Positions 43,880 through 54,008 of a stretch of DNA of 64,000 bases are shown in pieces (within the stretch, counting starts at the first letter, position 1; each line of letters begins with the position of its first letter). Below the pieces are notes generated by a model, which worked only from the letters and a program-made list of their open reading frames with translations, was not told the origin of the DNA and did not search any database. This DNA comes from an uncultured Oscillospiraceae bacterium (lineage in GTDB: Bacteria; Bacillota; Clostridia; Oscillospirales; Ruminococcaceae): positions 2,886-66,885 of the forward strand of contig CASGAN010000021.1 of NCBI GenBank assembly GCA_949299455.1, in the 5' to 3' direction. The position numbers and the translations under genes were made by a program.

Positions 43880-44950
43880 TTAACGTTTAAAAATTTTGAA
43901 CAGCTCGCCGAACTCGTCCATATCGTTCGACTCTGTCGGTACATTTGTGCTTTCCAAGATATTCGCTGCCATTGTGCTTGCATCCGGCTCCGGTTTGTCA
44001 AATCCGGTTGCAATGACAGTGATCTGCATTTCATCCTCAAAGGTATCGTTGAACGCAACACCCCAGAAAATGCGTGCATCCGGATCGGCTGCATCCGAAA
44101 TCATCGAGGTTGCAAATGATGCATCATCCAAATCGATATCCGGCGATGCGGTAATGTTGATGACCAAGCCGCGTGCACCGTCGATTGATGTTTCCAACAG
44201 CGGACTCGAAATTGCAGCAAGTGCTGCCTGTTCCGCTTTATCTTTACCCGATGCGCGGCCGACACCCATGTGTGCCAAACCTGCATCACGCATAACCTCG
44301 CACAAATCTGCGAAGTCCAGGTTGATTGCTCCGGAAGTCTGGATCAGTTCTGCAATACTCTGCACGCCCTGCATCAACACTTCATCGGCTGCTTTAAATG
44401 CATTGATCAGTGTCAGTTTCTGCTCCGAAATGAGTTTTAAGCGCTCGTTCGGAATGACAACCAGCGAGTCCACATGACGGCGGAGCTCTTCGATGCCCTG
44501 CTCTGCGCATTCACTGCGGCGTTTTCCCTCAAATGCAAACGGTTTCGTGACGACACCGACGGTAAGGATGTCCATTTCACGTGCGATCTCTGCAATGACC
44601 GGTGCTGCACCTGTACCGGTGCCGCCGCCCATGCCGGCAGTGATGAAGACCATCTGCGAGCCTTTCAGAATGGATGCAATCTCCTCACGGCTCTCCTCAG
44701 CAGCCATTGTGCCCTGCTCCGGACGTCCGCCGGCGCCGCGGCCTTTGGTAAGCTTTGAACCGATCTGAATTTTATATGCTGCTTTGGAATTGCGCAGCAC
44801 CTGCTGGTCGGTGTTGACTGCCACAAAGTCAACGCTCTGCATACCGGACATAATCATCCGGTCCACAGCGTTTCCGCCGCCGCCGCCAACGCCAATGACT
44901 TTAATATTTACAATTGTATCATTCTCTGTATTATCCACAGTAAACTGCAT
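43880..44950 (-). CDS. ftsZ: cell division GTPase FtsZ
   Basis: ORF trimmed to ATG 44950, preceded by GGGAGGAA. Motifs [11 protein letters not shown] and the tubulin signature [13 protein letters not shown]. Confidence 0.95.
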   Translation of the reverse strand: MQFTVDNTENDTIVNIKVIGVGGGGGNAVDRMIMSGMQSVDFVAVNTDQQVLRNSKAAYKIQIGSKLTKGRGAGGRPEQGTMAAEESREEIASILKGSQMVFITAGMGGGTGTGAAPVIAEIAREMDILTVGVVTKPFAFEGKRRSECAEQGIEELRRHVDSLVVIPNERLKLISEQKLTLINAFKAADEVLMQGVQSIAELIQTSGAINLDFADLCEVMRDAGLAHMGVGRASGKDKAEQAALAAISSPLLETSIDGARGLVINITASPDIDLDDASFATSMISDAADPDARIFWGVAFNDTFEDEMQITVIATGFDKPEPDASTMAANILESTNVPTESNDMDEFGELFKIFKR

Positions 44951-45088
44951 GTCTTGTTTCCTCCCATAATATGAATCCGCCGAATACCAAACCGGCAGCA
45001 CGCATATCATTCATATTGTTGCTTACCTTTTATTTTAAACGGAATTGCCCGGTACGTCAATATCTTTTCGCAATTTCTCATGATCTAT

Positions 45089-46393
45089 TTATGTCGTTTC
45101 GCCGCTTGATTCCTCGCTTTCAGAGGAATTTTCTGAATCAGGTGCACTGCTTTCCACAGTGCTCTGTTCGGGCTCCTCCGTTTGAGAAGGTTCCCCCGGA
45201 TAAGAAAGCGCACCAACCGGACGCATATAATAGGTACCGTTCATCAATGTGTCATCAATCACAACGATTTCCTCCGGCTCAAGCTGTTCTTCAAGCAGCT
45301 TCTTCACACAGCTTATCTCATATGCAAGTCCCTGTGTACTGCCGAATTTCAGCTCCGCCTGATTGTTCCAGAACAATCGAATCGTTGTAATATCCGAAAC
45401 GTCAATATGCGTCACACCTGTCAGCTCTGCTTCTTTCATTGCGGCTATCACATCAAACAGTACGGAAATCTTATTTTCGCTTGTCGCCTCCACAAGATCG
45501 CCTGCCCGCACATCTGATAAATCGCATCCATAAACTAGCGGTACCTGTGAAGCACTTGGTGCCGTATCGGACACAGCAGAAATGCGTCCGCCTGACGACA
45601 TCGAATAATACTGGTTTTGATACACGCAAACCATATCAATTTGCGACGGCGTCATTTTGATCGTAATACCTGACGGCAGTTTTCTTGAAATCTCGACGGC
45701 ATCATAATTCAAAAACACCGAAAGAATCTTCTTTTCGGCAGCCTGCGTATTGATCTGCCACAAATTATCCCCCATCGAGATGCCGCTCGCATTCAAAATC
45801 GCTTGTTTTTCTGAATCTTCGCACCCTGTAATCTGAACGGTCTCCAGTTTAAAAAATACAGTCGTGGAGAGCACAAACAAAATGCTCACAAGCAAAATGC
45901 CGAAAAAGATGTAATAAAGCAGAAAGCTTCTCTTTTTACGATGGCGCTTTCTCCGCTTGCCAGGCGGCGGATTGTTTGTTCGTTTGACGCGTGTCTGCGC
46001 CTGTTTTTCCGGTGCTGATGGTTTCGTTTTCCGCACTGTTTTTTTGTTCTGCTTCGTCTGCTCGCGCTTTTGCGCAGTTTTTTTCTGCAAATCAGCTTGT
46101 TCGCGCTTCTGTGCAGCCGCCTGACGTTTTGCAGACGTGTTTCTTTGCTGTTTCTTTGTCGGTTTCTTCGCCTTTTTTGACGTTCCTTTTTTGGTGGATG
46201 TCCGTTTATTTTCCGGCGTTTTCTGCTGAGCGGCAGGCGTTGTCGGTATTGGAATATCAAACGAGGTTGTCCGACGTGCAGATGCGCCGCTTTGGCGCAT
46301 GAACGGAAGCAGCTCAATCCGATCATTTTCTCTGTTTTGACTCGGCTGATTTTCTTTTTTCGCCGGATTTTCGGTTCTTCTCTCGATTCTCAT
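45089..46393 (-). CDS. ftsQ: FtsQ/DivIB-type cell division protein with a long Lys/Arg/Gln-rich N-terminal extension
   Basis: 434 aa. About 170 low-complexity basic residues are followed by one TM (LLYYIFFGILLVSILFVL) and a POTRA-like domain (VQITGCEDS...). Confidence 0.7.
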   Translation of the reverse strand: MRIERRTENPAKKENQPSQNRENDRIELLPFMRQSGASARRTTSFDIPIPTTPAAQQKTPENKRTSTKKGTSKKAKKPTKKQQRNTSAKRQAAAQKREQADLQKKTAQKREQTKQNKKTVRKTKPSAPEKQAQTRVKRTNNPPPGKRRKRHRKKRSFLLYYIFFGILLVSILFVLSTTVFFKLETVQITGCEDSEKQAILNASGISMGDNLWQINTQAAEKKILSVFLNYDAVEISRKLPSGITIKMTPSQIDMVCVYQNQYYSMSSGGRISAVSDTAPSASQVPLVYGCDLSDVRAGDLVEATSENKISVLFDVIAAMKEAELTGVTHIDVSDITTIRLFWNNQAELKFGSTQGLAYEISCVKKLLEEQLEPEEIVVIDDTLMNGTYYMRPVGALSYPGEPSQTEEPEQSTVESSAPDSENSSESEESSGETT

Positions 46394-47685
46394 GCCCGCG
46401 GCACCTCCTTATCCAATGTGATTGTTTCCCGATCAATCTGTGCGCCCAGTGTCCGAAACGCATGCTCAATCGATTCATACCCACGGTCAATATGCAGCAC
46501 ATCGGAAATTCTTGTTTTTCCCTCTGCCGCCAGACCTGCAACGACAAGCGCTGCACCGCCGCGCAGATCAGTTGCGCGCACATTTGCACCGTACAGCTTT
46601 TTGACACCGCGCACTACGGCAACTTTTCCTTCGATTTTGATATCGGCGCCCATTCTGCAAAGCTCGCCTGCGTGCTTATACCGGTTTTCAAAGATGGTTT
46701 CCACGAATACGCTTGTTCCGCTTGCAACCGTTAAAAACGCCATAACAGGCGCTTGCGCATCCGTCGGAAAACCGGGATACGGCAGTGTGCGGATATTTCG
46801 CACTGCATGAAGCATGCCCGGACCTTCCAGCGTAATCGCGTCATGATACACGCGCATTTTACAGCCCGCCTGCTCAAATACAGGCAGCACGCTTTCCAAA
46901 TCAGACGGAACCACGCGATGCACCGTAATTTTTCCGCCGGTTGCAGCCGCTGCCGAAAGATATGTTGCGGTGACAATCCGGTCGGGCATCACGGTATACT
47001 CCGTTGCGTGCAGTGACGAAACGCCTTCGATATACACCGTGCTTTTTCCTGCATCCCGGATCTTTGCACCGCGGGAAATCAAATAATTTGCAAGATCCAC
47101 GATTTCCGGCTCTTGTGCCGCGTTGTGAATCTCTGTGATTCCCTTTGCGGTGACCGCTGCCAGCATGATATTTTCCGTTGCGCCCACGCTTGGGAATGCC
47201 AGCATAATTTTTGCACCGTGCAGTCCGTTTTCCACCCGACAATCCAATATTCCATGTGTTTCGTCCACCAAAACACCAAGCTGCTGAAGCGCTGAAATAT
47301 GTAAATCAATCGGACGCGGCCCCAATTCACAGCCGCCGGGAAACGAAAGCCGCACATGCGCACGGCGCGACACCATTGCACCTAAAAACACGATGGATGA
47401 CCGCATTTCGTGCATCAATTCTTCGGGAATTTCACTTTGCGTCATGGTGTCGCTGTTGATGGTGACGCTATTTCCCTCTCGATGAACCGTACATCCAAGC
47501 ACTTTTAAAATTTCGATCGCCGCATCGACGTCTGTCAAACGCGGACAGTTGTGCAGCACCGTTTCGCCGCCGGAGAGCAAACTGCCGGCCAAAATCGGCA
47601 ACGCACTGTTCTTTGCGCCGTGCACATCGATTTCACCGAATAGCCGGCGCGGCCCATCAATCACGATCCGCTCCATTCTGTTCAC
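46390..47685 (-). CDS. murA: UDP-N-acetylglucosamine 1-carboxyvinyltransferase
   Basis: 431 aa with IDVHGAKNSALPILAGSLL and FPGGCELGPRPIDLH (active-site Cys). Confidence 0.9.
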   Translation of the reverse strand: MNRMERIVIDGPRRLFGEIDVHGAKNSALPILAGSLLSGGETVLHNCPRLTDVDAAIEILKVLGCTVHREGNSVTINSDTMTQSEIPEELMHEMRSSIVFLGAMVSRRAHVRLSFPGGCELGPRPIDLHISALQQLGVLVDETHGILDCRVENGLHGAKIMLAFPSVGATENIMLAAVTAKGITEIHNAAQEPEIVDLANYLISRGAKIRDAGKSTVYIEGVSSLHATEYTVMPDRIVTATYLSAAAATGGKITVHRVVPSDLESVLPVFEQAGCKMRVYHDAITLEGPGMLHAVRNIRTLPYPGFPTDAQAPVMAFLTVASGTSVFVETIFENRYKHAGELCRMGADIKIEGKVAVVRGVKKLYGANVRATDLRGGAALVVAGLAAEGKTRISDVLHIDRGYESIEHAFRTLGAQIDRETITLDKEVPRA

Positions 47686-47739
47686 CCTTTCCCCTGTTGC
47701 TCTACAATGTCATTGTATGCAATCGGGGAAAAATGGGTG

Positions 47740-48879
47740 TCAAGCGCGTTTTTTCTCCTTATATACCGAAATCATTTCACGGCAGATGCGCTCTGCGGTA
47801 TCTGTAATGGCAAGTGCGCCTGCATTCTGTGCGATTTCATTAAGCCGCACACGATCGGTATACAGCTCTTCCACGATGGACAGCACTTTTTCTTTCGAGT
47901 AGTCTTTTTCTTCAAGCAAAATGGCTGCATTCTGTTTTGCAAGCACATTTGCATTGTGGAACTGATGATTTGCTGTGACGTTTGGCGAAGGCACCAGAAT
48001 CGATGCCTTTGCTGTCGCTTCAATCTCACTGATCGTGATGGCGCCGGCACGGCAAATCACAAGATCGGCCGCCGCCATACAGGTATCCATATTATCGATA
48101 TACTCAGACACGCGGATACTCTTGTTGTCTTTCAAATTGATGCCGCGCTCCTTGATCCATGCAGGGAATTTTTCTTTTCCCAATCGGCCATACCCGTGAA
48201 TATGGCTGACAAGGCCTGCACGATAGTTCCATTCCATCAGATCAACGGCAATTTTATTGATCGTATCGGCGCCAAGACTTCCGCCGAACGACAGAATGCA
48301 CATCCGGTCATCAAGTCCAAGTTCGCGGCGTGCCTCGGCTTTTGATTTTGTGAGCACACTTTCGCGAACCGGATTGCCCACCACCATATAGTTCGCGTGC
48401 GGATCGAGATGCGTTTTCGCTTCTCCCACTGCTAAAAATACGCGGTCGACCTGCTTTGCAAGCAGGCGATTCGTCACACCCGGAAACGCGTTTTGCTCAT
48501 GGATGCCGCATGCAATACCGGCTTTTGCAGCCGCTAATACAACCGGTCCGCTCACATATCCGCCGGTGCCGATGACGATATCCGGCTTAAAATCGCGGAT
48601 AATCTCTTTTGCACGTTTTTTGGATGTAACCGCCTCAACAGCTGCCTGCGCATTGTGCGCAATCGCAGAAGGTGAGAAGCTCCGCCAAAAACCCTTCACT
48701 TTAATGGGTGCAAACGGAATTTTCGCCTCTTTTACAAGACGCGCTTCCATGCCGGTCGGTGTACCGGCATACAAAAGCTCGGTGTTTGGATCGATTGACA
48801 AAAAACATTGGGCAATCGCAATCGCCGGATTGATATGTCCGCCGGTTCCGCCGCCTGTAATTAACACGCGCATACTCAT
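47740..48879 (-). CDS. murG: undecaprenyldiphospho-muramoylpentapeptide beta-N-acetylglucosaminyltransferase
   Basis: MRVLITGGGTGGHINPAIAIA and the typical MurG C-terminal domain. Confidence 0.9.
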   Translation of the reverse strand: MSMRVLITGGGTGGHINPAIAIAQCFLSIDPNTELLYAGTPTGMEARLVKEAKIPFAPIKVKGFWRSFSPSAIAHNAQAAVEAVTSKKRAKEIIRDFKPDIVIGTGGYVSGPVVLAAAKAGIACGIHEQNAFPGVTNRLLAKQVDRVFLAVGEAKTHLDPHANYMVVGNPVRESVLTKSKAEARRELGLDDRMCILSFGGSLGADTINKIAVDLMEWNYRAGLVSHIHGYGRLGKEKFPAWIKERGINLKDNKSIRVSEYIDNMDTCMAAADLVICRAGAITISEIEATAKASILVPSPNVTANHQFHNANVLAKQNAAILLEEKDYSKEKVLSIVEELYTDRVRLNEIAQNAGALAITDTAERICREMISVYKEKKRA

Positions 48880-48894
48880 TCTCCTTTTTATGTG

Positions 48895-50079
48895 CTATGG
48901 CTTTTCGATCTTCGCAAAGCGCGAAATACTCAGCAAAATTCCCATTTCACCAAGCTGCATCATAATCGCCGTACCGCCATAGCTGAAAAACGGAAGACTG
49001 ATGCCTGTATTCGGAACAAAATTTGTAACAACTGCGATATTGAAAAATGCCTGCAGACAAATCTGCACGATGATCCCCACACCCAACATAAAGCCGAATT
49101 TATCGGTCGCTTTAGAAGCAATAGAAAATCCGCGCACAGCCAACAGCACAAACAATGTGATGACCAGCAGTGCACCGATCAAGCCAAGCTCTTCGCAGAT
49201 GACAGCAAAGATAAAGTCGTTGTAGGCCTCGGGAAGCCACAGATATTTTTGACGGGAAGCGCCAATGCCGCGGCCAAACAGTCCGCCCGAACCGATTGCC
49301 ACAAGCGACTGCACCGTCTGCCACGTTTTATCGTTGACATCGGCGAAGGGATTGAGCCAGAACTGCAGACGATCGACAATATAATTGACGCCTTTTAACA
49401 TGACTACGCCTGCCACACCTAGTCCGGCAACACCGCCGATCACCAGAAAATACCGAAGCTTTGTACCGCCGATATACATCATGATGCATCCGATGCCGAA
49501 AATAAGGATCGTTCCGGAAAGATGCGGTTCAAGCATCATCAGTCCGGCAATCGTAATCAGACAGATCATGTACGGCGCAACACCGTATTTAAACGTACCC
49601 ATCTTCTTTTGATAGTGAGAAATCAAATGGGCAAACAGCACAATCACGCCGAATTTCATGATCTCAGACGGCTGAAAGTTCACCGGGCCGATATAAATCC
49701 AGCGCCGGGCATAGTTTAGTTCCTTGCCGATTCCCGGAATTAGCACCAGAATCAATAGCAAAAATGCAACACCGAAAATAATAAACGCAAACCGCTGATA
49801 GACATGATAGTCAATATACGAAATAAAAATCATTGCCGCAATACCAGCCAGTACAAACAAGATATGCTGACTGATAAAGTGCAGGCTGTTTCCCGTCTTT
49901 TCAAGTGCCGCCGGATAGCTTGCCGAGAACACCATGATAATGCCATACGCGAGCAAAACGAGAACGATAATCAAAAACGCCGTATCCATTCGCGGAATTT
50001 TCTTTTTGGCGCCATGAACGCCGCGCTTTGTCTTTGATTTTGGTGCTGCGTCTTTTGTATTCGCTGCCGTCATGCGCAT
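48895..50079 (-). CDS. ftsW: FtsW/SpoVE (SEDS family) protein
   Basis: 394 aa, about 10 TM, with GISLPFFSYGGTA at the C-terminus. Confidence 0.85.
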   Translation of the reverse strand: MRMTAANTKDAAPKSKTKRGVHGAKKKIPRMDTAFLIIVLVLLAYGIIMVFSASYPAALEKTGNSLHFISQHILFVLAGIAAMIFISYIDYHVYQRFAFIIFGVAFLLLILVLIPGIGKELNYARRWIYIGPVNFQPSEIMKFGVIVLFAHLISHYQKKMGTFKYGVAPYMICLITIAGLMMLEPHLSGTILIFGIGCIMMYIGGTKLRYFLVIGGVAGLGVAGVVMLKGVNYIVDRLQFWLNPFADVNDKTWQTVQSLVAIGSGGLFGRGIGASRQKYLWLPEAYNDFIFAVICEELGLIGALLVITLFVLLAVRGFSIASKATDKFGFMLGVGIIVQICLQAFFNIAVVTNFVPNTGISLPFFSYGGTAIMMQLGEMGILLSISRFAKIEKP

Positions 50080-50125
50080 TCCCCCTGTCTGCTTTTGTTT
50101 CTATCCTGCCTTAAAATGAGGCACT

Positions 50126-51127
50126 TTATACGAATGCAAAAAATCCGATCACGCACATGACAAACGTCACTGCGGAGAAAAGAAGCACAATTTTATTTTC
50201 GCTGAATCCACTCATTTCAAAGTGATGATGAATCGGACTCATTTTAAAAATGCGCTTGCCTGTTGTTTTAAAGCTGATAACCTGCAAAATAACCGACAGC
50301 GACTCACAGCAATACACGAATCCGGCAAAGAACAAGATGAATTCCATATTCATGCCGAAGCCCAGCGCCACGACCATGCCGCCCAAAAACAGCGAGCCGG
50401 TATCACCCATGAACACCTTTGCAGGATGTGCGTTGAACACCAAAAATCCCACACAGCCGGCTGCCAATGCAGTGGACAGAATACTCATTCCTGCCTGACC
50501 GGTAAACGCCGACACGATCATGAAGAAAATCGCTGCCACAAATGTAACACTGCTGCACAAGCCGTCGATGCCGTCGGTCAGGTTGACCGAATTGACAATA
50601 CCGATAATCAAAATGCCCAAAACCGGATAATAGAACAGCCCCAAGTCCCATTGACCCAAGAACGGAACGTTGATGATGGTGGAGCGGTCTCCTGCTGCAT
50701 ACAGTGCTGCAAGATAAAGCGCTGTCACAAGTACCTGACCGACAATTTTCTGCCACGCGGTCAAGCCGAGATTTCGTTTCTTAACGACTTTGATGTAGTC
50801 ATCAAGAAATCCAACCAAACCGAACAGCAGTGCCATCACCAGACCGCCAAACAGCTGCATCAGTTCGAGCGTTCCTTTAAATGCGTGATTGTCTGCCGCC
50901 AGCAGGAAATATCCTGCGATAACTGCTGCCACAATGCCCACAATAAACATGATACCGCCTATTGTCGGCGTTCCCTGTTTGCTCTTGTGCCACGAAGGGC
51001 CTTCTTCCAAAATGCTTTGACCGAATTTCAGCCGCCGGAGCACCGGAATCAAAAGAATGCCGCACAGCACCGTAATGCCGAACGCAACAACTGCTGTTAA
51101 AATGATTGAAAAACTCATTTTTCCCAC
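50126..51127 (-). CDS. mraY: phospho-N-acetylmuramoyl-pentapeptide-transferase
   Basis: 333 aa with KQGTPTIGG, NLTDGIDGL and MGDTGSLFLGG motifs. Confidence 0.95.
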   Translation of the reverse strand: MGKMSFSIILTAVVAFGITVLCGILLIPVLRRLKFGQSILEEGPSWHKSKQGTPTIGGIMFIVGIVAAVIAGYFLLAADNHAFKGTLELMQLFGGLVMALLFGLVGFLDDYIKVVKKRNLGLTAWQKIVGQVLVTALYLAALYAAGDRSTIINVPFLGQWDLGLFYYPVLGILIIGIVNSVNLTDGIDGLCSSVTFVAAIFFMIVSAFTGQAGMSILSTALAAGCVGFLVFNAHPAKVFMGDTGSLFLGGMVVALGFGMNMEFILFFAGFVYCCESLSVILQVISFKTTGKRIFKMSPIHHHFEMSGFSENKIVLLFSAVTFVMCVIGFFAFV

Positions 51128-52479
51128 TCCTCACTCACACGGCTGATGACTTCTTCCAGATGCATGCCGCGGCTTGCTTTATAAATGACAACATCACCCG
51201 GCACAAGCGTTTTTGCTAAAAACGCTGCTGCCTTTTGATTGTCTTCAAAATAATATGCCTGCTTCATTCCGACCATAGCCGCACCGCGTTTCATATTGCG
51301 CGCATGCTCACCGATGCAGACAAATCCGTCAATACGCGAACGTCCGACTTCTTTTCCGATTTCAAGGTGTGCTTCCTCGGAGCAAGCACCAAGCTCCAGC
51401 ATATCGCCGAACACACACCAGCGTCTGCCTTCACACTCTGTGTGCAGCAGCACATCCATTGCCGCATGCATAGATGCCGGACTCGCGTTGTAACAATCGG
51501 TAATCACGGTAACGCCGTTTTCAACGGAAATGTTTTGGCGCATTGCCGCATTCTGATACCGGCGGATGCCGCGGACAATATCCTCAGGCTTCATATTCGC
51601 AACCAATCCGACACAGAAACCCGCCAGCGCATTATACACATTGTGTCTGCCGACTGCCGGAACCATTGCTTCAATGCTTTGACCGTAATACCGGATGGTA
51701 AACTGCGTTGTTCCGTTGATAATGCGGATATTCGAAGCAGTCACCTCTGCCTGCTGATCGTCAATGCCGTAATACATGATCGGCTGCTGTGTCAGTTGGT
51801 TTACGGTTTTCAAAAGCGGATCATCCATATTCAAAATGAGCGGTGCATCCGGTGCCATGGAATCGGTGATTTCCATTTTTGCTTTTAAAATATTTTCCTG
51901 ACTGCCGAGTGTTTCCATATGGGAAACGCCGATGTTTGTGATAACACCCACATTCGGACAGCACACATGCGTCAGCGCGCTGATCTCGCCGAAATTGCTC
52001 ATTCCCATCTCAAACACGCCGTTTTTGTGCGTATGAGAAAGGCGGAACACGGTAAGCGGCATGCCGATTTCATTATTCAAGTTGCCTTCTGTTTTGAGCG
52101 TTTCCCCATCTTCACTCAAAATGGCATAAATCATTTCTTTGGTCGATGTTTTTCCGACACTGCCCGTCACACCTACGGTGAACACGCTGAACAAACCACG
52201 GTAGTACCGTGCAAGATCGAGCAGTGCTTTGCGTGTATCCGGCACCAGAATCACGCCCGTGTGACCGGAAATCTCCCGGCTGGTAATCACGCCGACCGCA
52301 CCGCTTTCATATGCCTGTTCAATGAAATCGTGTCCGTCAAAATTTTCACCACGAATCGCAACAAACAAACACCCGGGTTTGATCGCCCTGGTATCGATAC
52401 AAATTTCGTTGATCTTTGCATCTGAATCGCAGTGTGATCCCACTGCACCTGCGATTTGCGATAGTGTCATTGTTTCCAT
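51115..52479 (-). CDS. murF: UDP-N-acetylmuramoyl-tripeptide--D-alanyl-D-alanine ligase
   Basis: 454 aa with GVTGSVGKTSTKEM, Mur ligase middle and C-terminal domains. Confidence 0.9.
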   Translation of the reverse strand: METMTLSQIAGAVGSHCDSDAKINEICIDTRAIKPGCLFVAIRGENFDGHDFIEQAYESGAVGVITSREISGHTGVILVPDTRKALLDLARYYRGLFSVFTVGVTGSVGKTSTKEMIYAILSEDGETLKTEGNLNNEIGMPLTVFRLSHTHKNGVFEMGMSNFGEISALTHVCCPNVGVITNIGVSHMETLGSQENILKAKMEITDSMAPDAPLILNMDDPLLKTVNQLTQQPIMYYGIDDQQAEVTASNIRIINGTTQFTIRYYGQSIEAMVPAVGRHNVYNALAGFCVGLVANMKPEDIVRGIRRYQNAAMRQNISVENGVTVITDCYNASPASMHAAMDVLLHTECEGRRWCVFGDMLELGACSEEAHLEIGKEVGRSRIDGFVCIGEHARNMKRGAAMVGMKQAYYFEDNQKAAAFLAKTLVPGDVVIYKASRGMHLEEVISRVSEEWEK

Positions 52480-52500
52480 GATTGCTTCTCCTTTATCTTT

Positions 52501-53946
52501 TCAGCAATGCTGATTTTCTTCCATCACACGCAGCAAATGACGAATCAGCTTTCGTTCATCAAAGCAAAATCGTTTTCCTGCAATATCCTGTGCTTTTTCA
52601 TGTCCTTTCCCCGCGATCACCACGGTATCGCCGGGTTTCGCCCGGCAAAGCGCATATCGAATCGCTGCCGCACGGTCGCGCAGTGCAAGATAACACACAT
52701 CCGGGCGCATCCCCTGAATAATTTCACGCATGATATGCCCCGGCGGCTCATGACGCGGATTATCAGACGTAATCACCACAAAATCCGCATCGCACGCGGC
52801 TTCTCCCATCAGCGGACGCTTCGTTTTGTCACGCTCTCCGCCGCATCCGAACACCAAAATCAGCTGTTTTTGTGTCACAGTCCGTGCGGCGGCAACCACA
52901 TTGCGAATGCCGTCGGGCGTGTGCGCATAATCGCACAGCACCGTGATGCCAAGCCGGTTTTTGATCTGTTCGCATCTTCCGGGAATCGTATCAACCGTTT
53001 GAAGAAGCGCTGCTGCCTGTTCAAACGAAATCCCTGCCGTAGTGCAGACGAGCACGGCACACAGTGCGTTTTCGGCAGAAAAATCCCCGATGATGCCAAA
53101 GTGCAGTTCGTGTTCGGTCTGCGCATTGTCCATCACGCGAAATGTCACGCCGCGGCTGTCATTTTGACACGAAACAATGCGGTAATCCGCAGGTGATTCG
53201 GTGCGCGAAACGGTTTTGACCGGAATGGTCAGTGATTCGGCAAGCTCTTTTCCATACGGATCATCAACGCAGATCACCGCCTGCTCCGCCATCGAAAACA
53301 GCTTTTTCTTTGCACAGAAGTATTGTACCATATTTTCGTGATAATCGAAATGGTCTTGGGTCAAATTTGTAAAAACTGCCACAGAAAATTGCAATCCAAA
53401 CAGCCTTTTTTGGTCGAGCGCATGAGAAGACGCTTCCATCACAACATGCGTCACGCCATCTTCTCTCATTTCGCTTAAAATCCGATAAAAATCGACCGGC
53501 TGCGGTGTTGTCAGTGACAGCGCCGCCTCTTTTGTTCCCCACCGCGCACCGGTTGTCGCAAACAGTCCCGCCGATACACCGCTTTTGCGCAAAATTTCAT
53601 AGACTGTCGTTGCAACCGATGTTTTTCCGTTCGTTCCTGTGACTGCAAACAGCCGAATGGATTGCTGCGGATTTCCATAAAACGCTGCACAGAGCAGTGC
53701 ATACGCTTCGTGTGTATCGTTTACGATAATTTCATCCGGTACGCCGCAGGTTGTTTCACATACCACCGCCGCACCGCGTGACGACGCTTCACGCGCAAAC
53801 AGATGTCCGTCTGTCTTTGCGCCGCGCAGACAGAGAAACAGCGAATGTTCGCCGGCAGACTGTGCCTGTGCGGTGATCGAATCAATTTCGCGGTCGAAAT
53901 CGGGAATCGGAAGATTTGCCAAAGAAAACAGTGTAGATAGACGCAT
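52501..53946 (-). CDS. murE: UDP-N-acetylmuramoyl-L-alanyl-D-glutamate--2,6-diaminopimelate ligase
   Basis: 481 aa with AVTGTNGKTS and the DNPR motif (TSDNPRHE), which indicates meso-DAP specificity. Confidence 0.9.
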   Translation of the reverse strand: MRLSTLFSLANLPIPDFDREIDSITAQAQSAGEHSLFLCLRGAKTDGHLFAREASSRGAAVVCETTCGVPDEIIVNDTHEAYALLCAAFYGNPQQSIRLFAVTGTNGKTSVATTVYEILRKSGVSAGLFATTGARWGTKEAALSLTTPQPVDFYRILSEMREDGVTHVVMEASSHALDQKRLFGLQFSVAVFTNLTQDHFDYHENMVQYFCAKKKLFSMAEQAVICVDDPYGKELAESLTIPVKTVSRTESPADYRIVSCQNDSRGVTFRVMDNAQTEHELHFGIIGDFSAENALCAVLVCTTAGISFEQAAALLQTVDTIPGRCEQIKNRLGITVLCDYAHTPDGIRNVVAAARTVTQKQLILVFGCGGERDKTKRPLMGEAACDADFVVITSDNPRHEPPGHIMREIIQGMRPDVCYLALRDRAAAIRYALCRAKPGDTVVIAGKGHEKAQDIAGKRFCFDERKLIRHLLRVMEENQHC

Positions 53947-54008
53947 TATCGGACGCCTCCCTTATCATCAATCAGCGTATTTTCCGTTATACGTCCTTTT
54001 TCTTTTTA

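Noticed and set aside
45886-46300. Possible repeat array or CRISPR-like periodicity in the A/G-rich stretch
   Set aside because: There are no regularly spaced identical repeats. The pattern is explained by Lys/Arg/Gln codons of the FtsQ N-terminal extension. No CRISPR array was seen anywhere in the window.
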